Below are positions 54,154 to 64,000 of a stretch of 64,000 bases of DNA, one piece after another (the stretch's first letter is position 1; the number at the start of each line of letters is the position of its first letter). The position numbers were made by a program, and so were the translations under genes. The stretch is taken from the NCBI RefSeq assembly GCF_001194135.2, contig NC_068993.1, forward strand, positions 41,249,608-41,313,607. Reading direction: 5' to 3'. The notes beneath the pieces are model-generated. The model was given only the letters and a program-made list of their open reading frames with translations. It made no database searches and was not told the origin of the DNA. The stretch is from Octopus bimaculoides (lineage: Eukaryota).

Positions 54154-54305
54154 GCAGCAAAAATACTACATACCACAAAAGTTAGGGATAATTTCGAAAG
54201 GAAATGAAAAATAAAAACTTATAAAAAATAAAAACTATTTATTTTTTATTTTTCATTTCCTTTCGAAATTATCCCTAACTTTGTGGTATGTAGTATTTTT
54301 GCTGC
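54154..54305. repeat. Near-perfect ~64-bp inverted repeat at a contig edge
   Basis: GCAGCAAAAATACTACATACCACAAAAGTTAGGG...GAAATGAAAAATAAAAA / reverse complement ending TTTTTGCTGC. Confidence 0.9.
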
Positions 54306-54669
54306 TATTTCTAGCGAGTAGATGTCCTATTATAGGCGTCTCTGCATTTCTAATGAATAATACATAGTCTATTGACTGTTTTTACTCTCGCTAGGCCACT
54401 GGTGGTAAATAAAATTTCTAAAATTTTCTTTGCCACCCTATAATTTATTAATATATATATATATATATATAATATTCGTCTTCGAAAGTGGGAGAATAAG
54501 ATTTTAAGGCAGAGTACGTAACGTGTAGGATTATTAAGTAATCTCTTTATTCAGATGGTAAAACTTATGAGACTAATCATATTTCTTTCGAATTTCGAAG
54601 TCGTCAGAGTACTTCTAGTGATTTCCAAATTCGAAACAAACAGTGGATTCGGTAGAGAAAAAGTGAAAG

Positions 54670-54885
54670 AGGCCGTCGTATGTGTGTGCGTGTGTATTTG
54701 AGCCTGTGTTTGGTCTCCTCCATCGCTTGAGAACCGGTGTTGGATTGTTTACGTCCCTGTATCTGAGCGGTTCGGCAAAGGAACCCTATAGAATATGTAC
54801 GAGGCTTTAAAAAGTGGTTGATTTGTTCGACTTAAAGCAGTCCAACATAACCGCAGTGTCATGAGTGAAACAAGTAAAACATGAA
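54670..54885 (+). mobile_element. SINE family A, 3' half (degraded)
   Basis: CATCGCTTGAGAACCGG...GCGGTTCGGCAAAG...GAGTGAAACAAGTAAAA. Confidence 0.8.
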
Positions 54886-54899
54886 AAATTATATATATA

Positions 54900-55124
54900 T
54901 TCTTTTATTCTTTTACTTGTTTTAGTCATTTGACTGAGGCCGTACTGCAGCACCGCCTTTAGTCGAGCAAATCGATCCCATGACTTTGTAAGCCTATTAC
55001 TTATTCTATCAGTTATCTTTTGCCGAATCGCTAAGTTACGGGTACGTAAACACACCAGCGTCGTTTGTCAAGCGATGTTGGTGGGACAAGCACAAACACA
55101 CAAGCATATAGACGCACACATACA

Positions 55125-55160
<36 letters not shown>

Positions 55161-55268
55161 TACGACGGGCTTCTTTTAGTTTTCGTCTACCAAACGCTTT
55201 GGCTTCGGACAGGCCCGAGGTTATAGTAGAAAACACTTGCGGAAGGTGCCGCGCAGTGGGACTGAACC
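54900..55268 (-). mobile_element. SINE family A, near full length
   Basis: Tail TTCTTTTACTTG..., internal (TACA)n, GGTGCCGCGCAGTGGGACTGAACCC head part. Confidence 0.88.
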
Positions 55269-56158
55269 CAAAGAATATGAGGGTTTTAGTTCGCTAATGA
55301 TCTAAACCAGTAAGTTCACTTCGTCAGTGTTGGTCATCAGTTCGGTTCCAAGTTCACAGCTGGGACTGGGGCTGGAGCTAGGGATCTGTAGTAGGCTTAC
55401 TCTATTTAGATATTCTAAATGAGTTGAGATATTCGTGCTACCTTGGTTTTGTTTTCCTTACCCCTTAATACACACACACACACATACACACATACACGTA
55501 TGAGAGTTGTGAATGCCACAAAACAAGACAGCGGCTTCATTTGGGATCTTCAGGTGATGCATCCCGTTTACATTTCCGATCGAGTCTGCAGCTAATCTAC
55601 TCTGGGAAAGGCATGAACGTCATGCACTTTATATCTAAATAAATTTGCTCGTATAAAAGAGAAATAATTATCTTATTATATCTTATTTCAAAATATCAAT
55701 AAAACAAAATTAGTATTTCTTATACCTACTTTCTTTTTCTCCCTCTCCCCCTCTCTCTCCCTAATATATTACATAATACATATATGTATGTCATGTTATC
55801 TATCTATCTATCTATCTGTTTATTTATCTGTCTATACATACATACACACATATATACGCGTATATATATATTTATATATATATGTACATATAGGAGAGAA
55901 AGCGAGAGATAGACAGACAAACAGACATATATATATACATCCACACCCACAAAATACATATATTTTAAAGAATATATGTATTTCTGAGAAAATAGAAAAA
56001 CAGCAAAGCTAAAGACATCATGGAGTCGTGTGTTTATGCCTTTAGGAATACATAAATAAGTATTTCTCTACACACATTCGCAGAACTACATACGTACACA
56101 CATACACACGCACACGTCATGTTCCAACAACCAATACAGAAATACGTTTTCAAATATT

Positions 56159-56196
<38 letters not shown>

Positions 56197-56739
56197 TTCA
56201 CATGACAATCAATGTATAGGTATGTATGTATTTACACATACATAACTGGTTAAGGCAATTTTTATTTTAATCTTCATTGCATCAGAGAATATTATTTATG
56301 TTGTAACTGATAACAATCTAGGATAGCAATTGATCGCTAAAGTTTTCTAAGAAAGCGATAATACTTCAGTGGTATGTGGTTAAGATGTTTTCTTTTTAAC
56401 CAATTGGTTTCGATTCGATCCTACTGGTAGAGAACACATCCTTGGGGGAAAATGTTTTCCAACGTAATCTCCACTACTATTTTACGAATGGAATACAGTT
56501 GACGGAAACCTAAATATATATGAACCTTGAACATCTTTCGTATTTATTATGGAACACGGATGAGGTGCGGTGCAAGATTATGTAATGTTACTACAGCCTT
56601 TATGTAATTATGTCGGTAATTCGGTGCAACGCGTGTATGTTCTGTAAAGCATTGAATATGATACTTCTTTTCTGTATCTTCTATAAGTCGGTTTGCATTC
56701 CGCAATCTCGCCTAACGTGACGTGTCGTACTTCATATCG

Positions 56740-56743
<4 letters not shown>

Positions 56744-56822
<79 letters not shown>
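56744..56822. repeat. (CA)n microsatellite
   Basis: Direct reading. Confidence 0.97.
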
Positions 56823-56825
<3 letters not shown>

Positions 56826-59004
56826 CTATGATAGACACAACAGGAAATACTTTTAAGTAACTACATATTGACTGGTGTTTTTTAGTATGTATTTTCTACA
56901 TAAGTCTACATGAAATGTGAGGGGTATAAATTTTTGTGTGACCAGCTTCATGCAGCTACAATGCTGAATGTATTCTCAAGAAAGTTTTAAATTTATACGG
57001 ATCCCTTATTCTAAATTGAAACACACATAATTAACCGACCCTCCATTATGAGGTAGGGAAACCGATAAATTTTAAGGATTCAAGGCGAAAATTTGGTGCA
57101 GCAGCTACTACTACTACTATGACCACCACCGCGCGTGTGTGCACACTGTGGATTCTTTATGGTGAAGGACGTAGCTGTAGATTAAAAATTGGTGCCATGA
57201 CCAATTTTTCTGCAAGCTGTCACATACATTTCTATTTTGCGGCAGTGGAGTGAATCTGTTCTTCGGCTTAACACGAAACGTCTGATTCTTCGTTTGGTTT
57301 ACCAAGTATTTACACTAGAAATATGGACAACAGATTAGGTAGTCTCTTCTTCCTACCATTTTTGGAGATCTCAAAAAAGTGTTATGGGTTCTGTCCTTCC
57401 TTCTGTAATTAAGTAAAACAAAAATATCAGAAACAATACTTTCACTTAAATACTTATACCTAATACCTTCAGTAAATCTTCTACACACAGCCACGTAATC
57501 ATTAATGCGTTTCAAACATTTGTGAAGTAAGATGTTCTAAGATTGGATAATAATAAGTTATAATGTTCGTGCTTTTTTCTCATGTATAACAGATGCAAAT
57601 GAAAAGAAAATGTTTAAACTGGGAATAGAAATGTATTCACCTTTCTATTAGTTTGCTTCTAGCCAAACGCCACTCAGCAAAAAGGAGCGCAGCTGTTTTT
57701 TAAACAACCAAAACCCTTATTATATAAGCATGCATGTTACGATGCTTTCTTGGGTATGTTTTCTTGTGTTTACACATTTAACTATGATGCTTGTGTTTTT
57801 TTAGATGCACATAAAGATTTTCACATCCATAAACAAAGGTATAGGTATTTTCTTGTTCATTTTATGTAATAGTTTAAAAGCTTTACAGAGCAAGTAAACC
57901 TTTTTTCCTCTGACAATCCGACAATTTTATTTTCTGTTTAGTAGAATCTCAATCCAATTACAGATACATTTGGCCGTCATAGTTTCAAGCTGAATATTTT
58001 TCTGTACAATACTAAAGTTAGGAAAAAGAAAAACCCGTACAGAATATCTTACAGTGTATAGTGTAATCGGTACGAATTGCATTCACGTAATCTCAGAATT
58101 ACAGTAACTAACTTGCTTACAGTTTCATTTCATAACAATAGCAAACAAATAGTTTATCATCTATTTAGAAATTTGATACAATAAATACATGCACTACATA
58201 GAATTTAAGATGGTTGTATAGAATGAGGTTGAAATTTGTTTTTCAATGCTTTGTCACACATTCCTTAAGAAAACACGAAATTGATTCCATGAATTGTGTC
58301 TTTTTCAATTTGGTCTGGTTGTTATTATTCATCTTTACTTAATGCTTGTATTCTCCCAGTCTTTACCTCGTCCCTTCAATGTTTCTGCCAATTAACTATA
58401 GAAGGTGTGCTGAAAGAGATCAACTGTAGCTTTGATGCAATTCTGACTTGTTTTGCATTAATCACAGCTTGAATTCAACAACAGAGTGGGAAGGTGCGGT
58501 TTATAAATCGGAATTTAATTGAATCTTTTCCGTCACTTATTGATAGCCTGTTCTATTTAAAATCGAGAGAAGAATCGAAGTTTTCCTATTCGTCAAGATT
58601 AAACTAATGGGAAAATAACGCCAAATAATAGACTAGCTTGGATTAATGATTCTAAACTAAGTGATTAAAAAAGAGAAGCGGGTGTATGAAACTATAAATG
58701 GCTGCTTGCATGGACATGTAGACACAAAAGATAGATTAAGGAAGCGACGGGGTTGGTGGTGATGATGGGTGGAACATATTGAGAGATATATTTTGTTTCA
58801 GTTAAATGAAGGCTATAAAATATGATATAACAATATTGATTTATTCTAAAATCAAATTCCCTATAATTTCAGAGAAGATATTATAGAGATTTTCATAAAC
58901 TTTCCAAAATAATATGTGACAGAAATAAAGTGATTTTAACAAAGAAATAAACTGAAAAGATCCTAAGATTTTCTTCTGTTTTACGTGCTATAACTGACTG
59001 TTTC

Positions 59005-59130
59005 CATCAATTTTGGTCACTTGTATTCGCGATCGTGCTCTTTCGGTCATCACTCAATATTTATGACCATAGATCAGGATAGAGACCAAAATCGAATTGA
59101 AGAAAACACGTTTGAGTCTCTGGAGGAACA
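59005..59130 (-). mobile_element. RTE-clade LINE remnant
   Basis: Reverse translates to LKRVFFNSILVSILIYGHKY*VMTERARSRIQ, like the RTE motif LTYGHE.WVMTER.RSRIQAAEM. Confidence 0.65.
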
Positions 59131-60327
59131 TTATTCGACGGGTAGTTCGGAGTTCAGGGGAACTTTCCAGATCGAGCTTCTGCTTCGCCTTGAAGAGTCA
59201 AAGCTCTGCTACTGCGGACCTGTAATCTGAAAGTCATATGAAAGAATCGCAAGTTTAAAAGATAAACTTCTGGAAATTTTTACAGATTTTTACAGTTTCA
59301 GTGATGGATTGGATCTGTAGTCTTCGAATCATCTTTCTCCTTTCTGGTTTTGAGAAGCCTAATTTTTCAAGATTAGTATTTAGGCAGTGTGCTTGTCCGT
59401 CTTTCTGTCAGTCTGTATGTATGTAGGTCTCTCTGTCTGTTTGTATGTGCTTGTATATATAATACATATGTATGTACTTGAGTATGTAAAGTTGCTGTTG
59501 TTACTATTGGTGGAGATGGTGATGGTGGTGGTGATGGGTCTGTGTGCGCATGATTTGAATTTTTCTTGCATCATTTTCTGCTTTACTGAAAAGCTTGCTT
59601 TGAGAGTGATCTGCTGAAATGCTTGGACACCACTTGTTTAACGGATTCCCAAGCCTATCATCACCGTTTCTACACACACACACACACACACGCGCACACA
59701 CGAGCACGCACACACACGCACACACACACACATACACTGAAAGTAATAAAAGTCAGAGTCGATACCAAACTTGCCTTTATACTGGAAAGTTTCCATTCCG
59801 CCATCATTAGAGTGCTCTAACGGCTTACATCTCCAAGTATAAATAAATATCATGCCTGAAAACATATCGCCCAAAACTTTAATCAGTTGTATCACGTATA
59901 CTGGTATACTTATATCTTGCAGCATAGATATTAACCAAAAGTTACTATTACCAGCGAGCTTTTATCTATTAACACCTTGTTAAATAATTTCGCATCCCAG
60001 TTTCGATTTCTAGCTAAAGCAATTTTACTTCGTTTGCGTCACTAATAATAATGAGAAAAGGCTGAACATGTTATCTCGCATTCCATTTCTAAAAATACCA
60101 GACTTTATGCCTGTCAAGTGTAAGTATTTGAGAACTATCCCAGTCTATCCACACAACAGACTCTCTATTTTCGTAGCGAGGACCGACAGAACTGGATATA
60201 TCCGCTCCCCCAAATTAGAAAAAGATATGGAGAGGTAGATGTAGAGAAGGTGCGGGAGGAAGAGCGAAGAATGAGATGAAGGAGAGGGAAAAGTAGAACA
60301 CATGAAAGATAAACAAAAATATTTTCC

Positions 60328-60384
<57 letters not shown>

Positions 60385-60387
<3 letters not shown>

Positions 60388-60808
60388 CCATTCTACTAAA
60401 GGCAGAAGGCCTGAAATTTGGTGGTGATCGTTGGGGGAACCAGTCGATTAAGTCTACCCCAGTGTTTCACTGGTACTTAATTTATCGACCACGAAAGGAT
60501 GAAAACCAAAATCGACCTCGACGGAATTTGAACTCAGAACGTGAAGACGAAATGCCGCTAAGCATCATGCCCGGCGTGCTAATGATTCTGTCAGCTCAAC
60601 GCCATTTTAATATTAATCCTTTCTAGTATAGGCACAAGACCAAGAATTTGTGGGGAGGGATATGTCAATTACATCCATCCCAGTACTCTACTGGTACTTA
60701 ATTTATCGACCTCGAAAGGATGAAAGGCAAAGTCGACTCAACGTAGCGGCAGACGAAATACCACTAAGCATTTCGTCCCGGTGCCAACGATTCTGTCAGC
60801 TCACCGCC

Positions 60809-60810
<2 letters not shown>
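60385..60810 (-). mobile_element. Two tandem SINE family B copies in (TAA)n (60385-60605; 60617-60810, the latter lacking the B-box segment)
   Basis: Tails merge into AAT runs; the second copy joins GTCGACTC directly to AACGTAG. Confidence 0.9.
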
Positions 60811-60841
<31 letters not shown>

Positions 60842-60843
<2 letters not shown>

Positions 60844-60940
60844 AGCATCACAGCAAACCACAGCACATACCCAAGGCACACAGAGCTGCGCTCGGCAGTG
60901 AAGTGAAAGTATGTTATAAAAATAAAACTACTGAATAGTA

Positions 60941-60960
<20 letters not shown>
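60842..60960 (+). mobile_element. ~95-bp 3' UTR of the R4/Dong-like LINE flanked by (TAA)n on both sides
   Basis: AGAGCATCACAGCAAACCACAGCACATACCCAAGGCACACAGAGCTGCGCTCGG...AAACTACTGAA is near-identical to the reverse complement of 28625-28720. Confidence 0.88.
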
Positions 60961-60972
<12 letters not shown>

Positions 60973-61349
60973 GAGGATGATGATGATGATGATGATGATG
61001 AAAATGATATATTTCTGTCTCATACCGTTCTACGCTCGATAAGAAACGTGCCAATGGATGCCGTTAATTTTGGAATTTTCAAGTGCTTTCCAAAGGAATA
61101 AGGTTTCGTTGCATACTACTTTAAGAAACGTTCGAACAAAATAAGCTAATAATTCAGAATGAGATTCGTATCATTAATAAAATTAGAATTTTATATCAAT
61201 CATAGCCAACAGATTGATTAGTTTTAATAATTGGGAGTGAGCAGATAATGCAACAGATGTCGCATTTGATAACAGAATATTACTGACTCGCTTACGCGTT
61301 TGACAACACTGCAAATATGCGATAAAATTGGATCCCTGACATCTTCAGA

Positions 61350-61580
61350 ATAGTTCTTGGTGCAAGGTACAGCGGTGTGGTTAAGAATTTCCCTTTGCAG
61401 CCTTGTGGTTTTAGGTTCTGTTCCATCGCGTTGTACAATGGACAAGTGTCATTCCTATAGCCCTTCGCCAACCAAGGCTTTATGGATGGATTTGACAGTC
61501 GGAAACAGCGTGGAAGATTGTCATACGGTCTTTTATTCATTTCAGTCATTCGACTGCGGCCATGCTGGAGCACCGCCTTA
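61350..61580 (+). mobile_element. Degraded SINE family A-like copy joined to a reversed family-A tail
   Basis: GCGGTGTGGTTAAG...GGTTTTAGGTTCTGTTCCATCGCG...; then CATTTCAGTCATTCGACTGCGGCCATGCTGGAGCACCGCC. Confidence 0.6.
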
Positions 61581-61693
61581 AAGAGCTTTTTTTTCGGTTT
61601 TTCGCCAGTCCGACGATTGGTTAACTTGCCGAAGCTTCGAATTCATTGTGAATAATCGTGTTTAATATTAATAATAATAATAATAATGATAAT

Positions 61694-62091
61694 CCTTCCT
61701 ACTATAGGTACAAGGCTTGAAATTTGGTGGGAGGGGACTAGCCGATTACATCGACCCCAGTACTTAACTGGTACTTAATTTATCGACCCGGAAAGGATGA
61801 AAGGCGAATTTGACCTCAGTGGAATTTGAACTCTGAACGTAGCAAGGGGTGATTAATACCGCTAAACATTTCGTCCAGCGTGCTAATGATTCTGCCAGCT
61901 CGCCGCCTTTTAATAATAATAATAATCCTTTCTACTATAGGCAAATGGCCTGAAATTTGTGAGGTGGGGGTAAGTCGATCACATCGGCCCCAGTGTTTTA
62001 CTGGTATTTAATTTATCGACCCCGAAAGGATGACAGGCAAAGTCAACCTCGATGGAATTTGAACTCATAACGTAAAGATAGACGAAATACC
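61694..62091 (-). mobile_element. Two tandem SINE family B copies (61694-61908 full; 61926-62091 lacking its head)
   Basis: The second copy stops at GACGAAATACC, where intact copies continue GCTAAGCATT. Confidence 0.92.
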
Positions 62092-64000
62092 AATTTCTTT
62101 ATTGCCCACAGGGGGCTAAACACAGAATGGTACAAAACAACTGATTGGGATCAGTAATGCGAATGGTTTACATAAAATATGACTTTAAAAATTATATAAA
62201 ATATAAAAAAATCGAATGACATTAACAGTACATTAGACAACACAAATGAAGCGATGATCAGGCCACGCTCCGACCCCACAAGCCCCAATCTATCGCTGGC
62301 ACTTTTTNNNNNNNNNNNNNNNNNNNNNNNNNNNNNNNNNNNNNNNNNNNNNNNNNNNNNNNNNNNNNNNNNNNNNNNNNNNNNNNNNNNNNNNNNNNNN
62401 NNNNNNNNNNNNNNNNNNNNNNNNNNNNNNNNNNNNNNNNNNNNNNNNNNNNNNNNNNNNNNNNNNNNNNNNNNNNNNNNNNNNNNNNNNNNNNNNNNNN
62501 NNNNNNNNNNNNNNNNNNNNNNNNNNNNNNNNNNNNNNNNNNNNNNNNNNNNNNNNNNNNNNNNNNNNNNNNNNNNNNNNNNNNNNNNNNNNNNNNNNNN
62601 NNNNNNNNNNNNNNNNNNNNNNNNNNNNNNNNNNNNNNNNNNNNNNNNNNNNNNNNNNNNNNNNNNNNNNNNNNNNNNNNNNNNNNNNNNNNNNNNNNNN
62701 NNNNNNNNNNNNNNNNNNNNNNNNNNNNNNNNNNNNNNNNNNNNNNNNNNNNNNNNNNNNNNNNNNNNNNNNNNNNNNNNNNNNNNNNNNNNNNNNNNNN
62801 NNNNNNNNNNNNNNNNNNNNNNNNNNNNNNNNNNNNNNNNNNNNNNNNNNNNNNNNNNNNNNNNNNNNNNNNNNNNNNNNNNNNNNNNNNNNNNNNNNNN
62901 NNNNNNNNNNNNNNNNNNNNNNNNNNNNNNNNNNNNNNNNNNNNNNNNNNNNNNNNNNNNNNNNNNNNNNNNNNNNNNNNNNNNNNNNNNNNNNNNNNNN
63001 NNNNNNNNNNNNNNNNNNNNNNNNNNNNNNNNNNNNNNNNNNNNNNNNNNNNNNNNNNNNNNNNNNNNNNNNNNNNNNNNNNNNNNNNNNNNNNNNNNNN
63101 NNNNNNNNNNNNNNNNNNNNNNNNNNNNNNNNNNNNNNNNNNNNNNNNNNNNNNNNNNNNNNNNNNNNNNNNNNNNNNNNNNNNNNNNNNNNNNNNNNNN
63201 NNNNNNNNNNNNNNNNNNNNNNNNNNGTAGGCGTGCTACTGAGGTTACGCTGATAGTGATATCATCCGCGTAAGCCGTAACAAATTCCTCTAGACCTGGT
63301 TCTCTCGGAATGCCACTCAACCTCCGCAGTAGTGGCTCGAGAGCTACCACATACAAAAGCGGTGAGAGCGGACATCCTTGACGAACCGAGCGTCTGATAC
63401 AGAACGGCTTCGAAAGGAAACCGTTCACCCGAACTATCGAATCAATGTTGTGGTACAAAGCAATAAACCACCTGAAGAAGCCAAGGCCCAAGCCGAACCG
63501 CGCAATCACAGTCGCCAGGTATCGATGGTCAACCCTATCAAAAGCTTTAGACTGGTCCAAATGTACCAGTGCCCCACCTTTGCCAGATTTATTACCAACC
63601 CTCTCTATGGTATAGCGGATAAGATGGAGGGTATCCTGAATGGTTCTGCCTGGGATGGCACATGTCTGTGCCTCCCCGACTATACCATCCGCGACACGCG
63701 CCAACCTTTTCGCTAAGACCTTGGCCAAAATCTTCACTTCTGCGTTTAGCAGAGTGATGGGCCTGAAATTCTCTATAACTTCCCCCTTGTCCTGGTCCTT
63801 TCTGACCAACGTCACTACTCCCCGGCGCACAGACCTGGGGATAAGCCCATTCTGTTGCCAGTTCGCGTAAACGTCAGCCAGTAGATGCCCGAACAAGTCT
63901 GGCATACATTTATACAGCTCATACGGAAGACCATCAAGTCCCGGCGACCTACCCGCTTTACAGTCGGCCAAAGCCTCCTTCACCTCCCCAGGCGCGATTG
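62092..64000 (-). mobile_element. L1/Tx1-clade non-LTR retrotransposon (extends beyond window; gap 62308-63227)
   Basis: RT ORF at 63228-63998; non-coding 3' end at 62092-62307 ending TGTGTTTAGCCCCCTGTGGGCAATAAAGAAATT. Linking the two parts across the gap is inferred from orientation and distance. Confidence 0.8.
63228..63998 (-). CDS. Reverse transcriptase domain of L1/Tx1 ORF2 (partial, open frame)
   Basis: SPGLDGLP, FRPITLLN, LDQSKAFDRVDH, VRQGCPLSPLL, AYADDI motifs with no stop over ~256 codons. Confidence 0.96.

Noticed and set aside
57370-57692. Minus-strand peptides EWRLARSKLI, TSYF and EGRTEP reminiscent of the TRPC TRP box (EWKFAR.KLW.SYF.EG.TLP)
   Set aside because: The spliced frame hits a stop within a few codons, the pieces are in incompatible frames, and no S6 helix exon is found upstream; likely chance
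60330-62091. Regularly spaced repeats superficially like a CRISPR array
   Set aside because: Units are ~200-bp SINEs separated by microsatellite; eukaryotic context and no cas genes
62151-62307. Apparent C-terminal continuation of the 610-aa RT ORF
   Set aside because: The frame across an estimated-length gap is meaningless; the sequence is T-rich and UTR-like

Overview
Eukaryotic, AT-rich, microsatellite-dense, gap-riddled sequence. The tRNA-derived SINE families and the repeat landscape look like an Octopus genome scaffold (inference). I could not support any host protein-coding gene, true tRNA/rRNA gene or CRISPR array. Almost all ORFs in the track are translations of (CA)n/(TA)n/(TAA)n microsatellites or run across N gaps. 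The recognisable content is transposable elements. The only intact coding sequence is an L1/Tx1-clade reverse transcriptase at the right edge. Decayed elements include a near-complete Famar1-like (mellifera subfamily) mariner with both TIRs, a frameshifted Tc1 transposase, a second mariner remnant, and Penelope, CR1-like and RTE fragments. There are also three R4/Dong-type 3' ends in (TAA)n, several MITEs (hAT with an 8-bp TSD, mariner-derived, a nested hairpin), a ~900-bp foldback element, and >30 SINE copies in four families that I label A-D. The most notable signal is the Tx1 3' end joined, without a poly(A) tail, at an internal site of a family-B SINE within a (TAA)n-linked SINE array. This suggests a possible SINE-targeted, site-specific retrotransposon system, but it rests on one clear junction. 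Many coordinates of decayed repeats are approximate.
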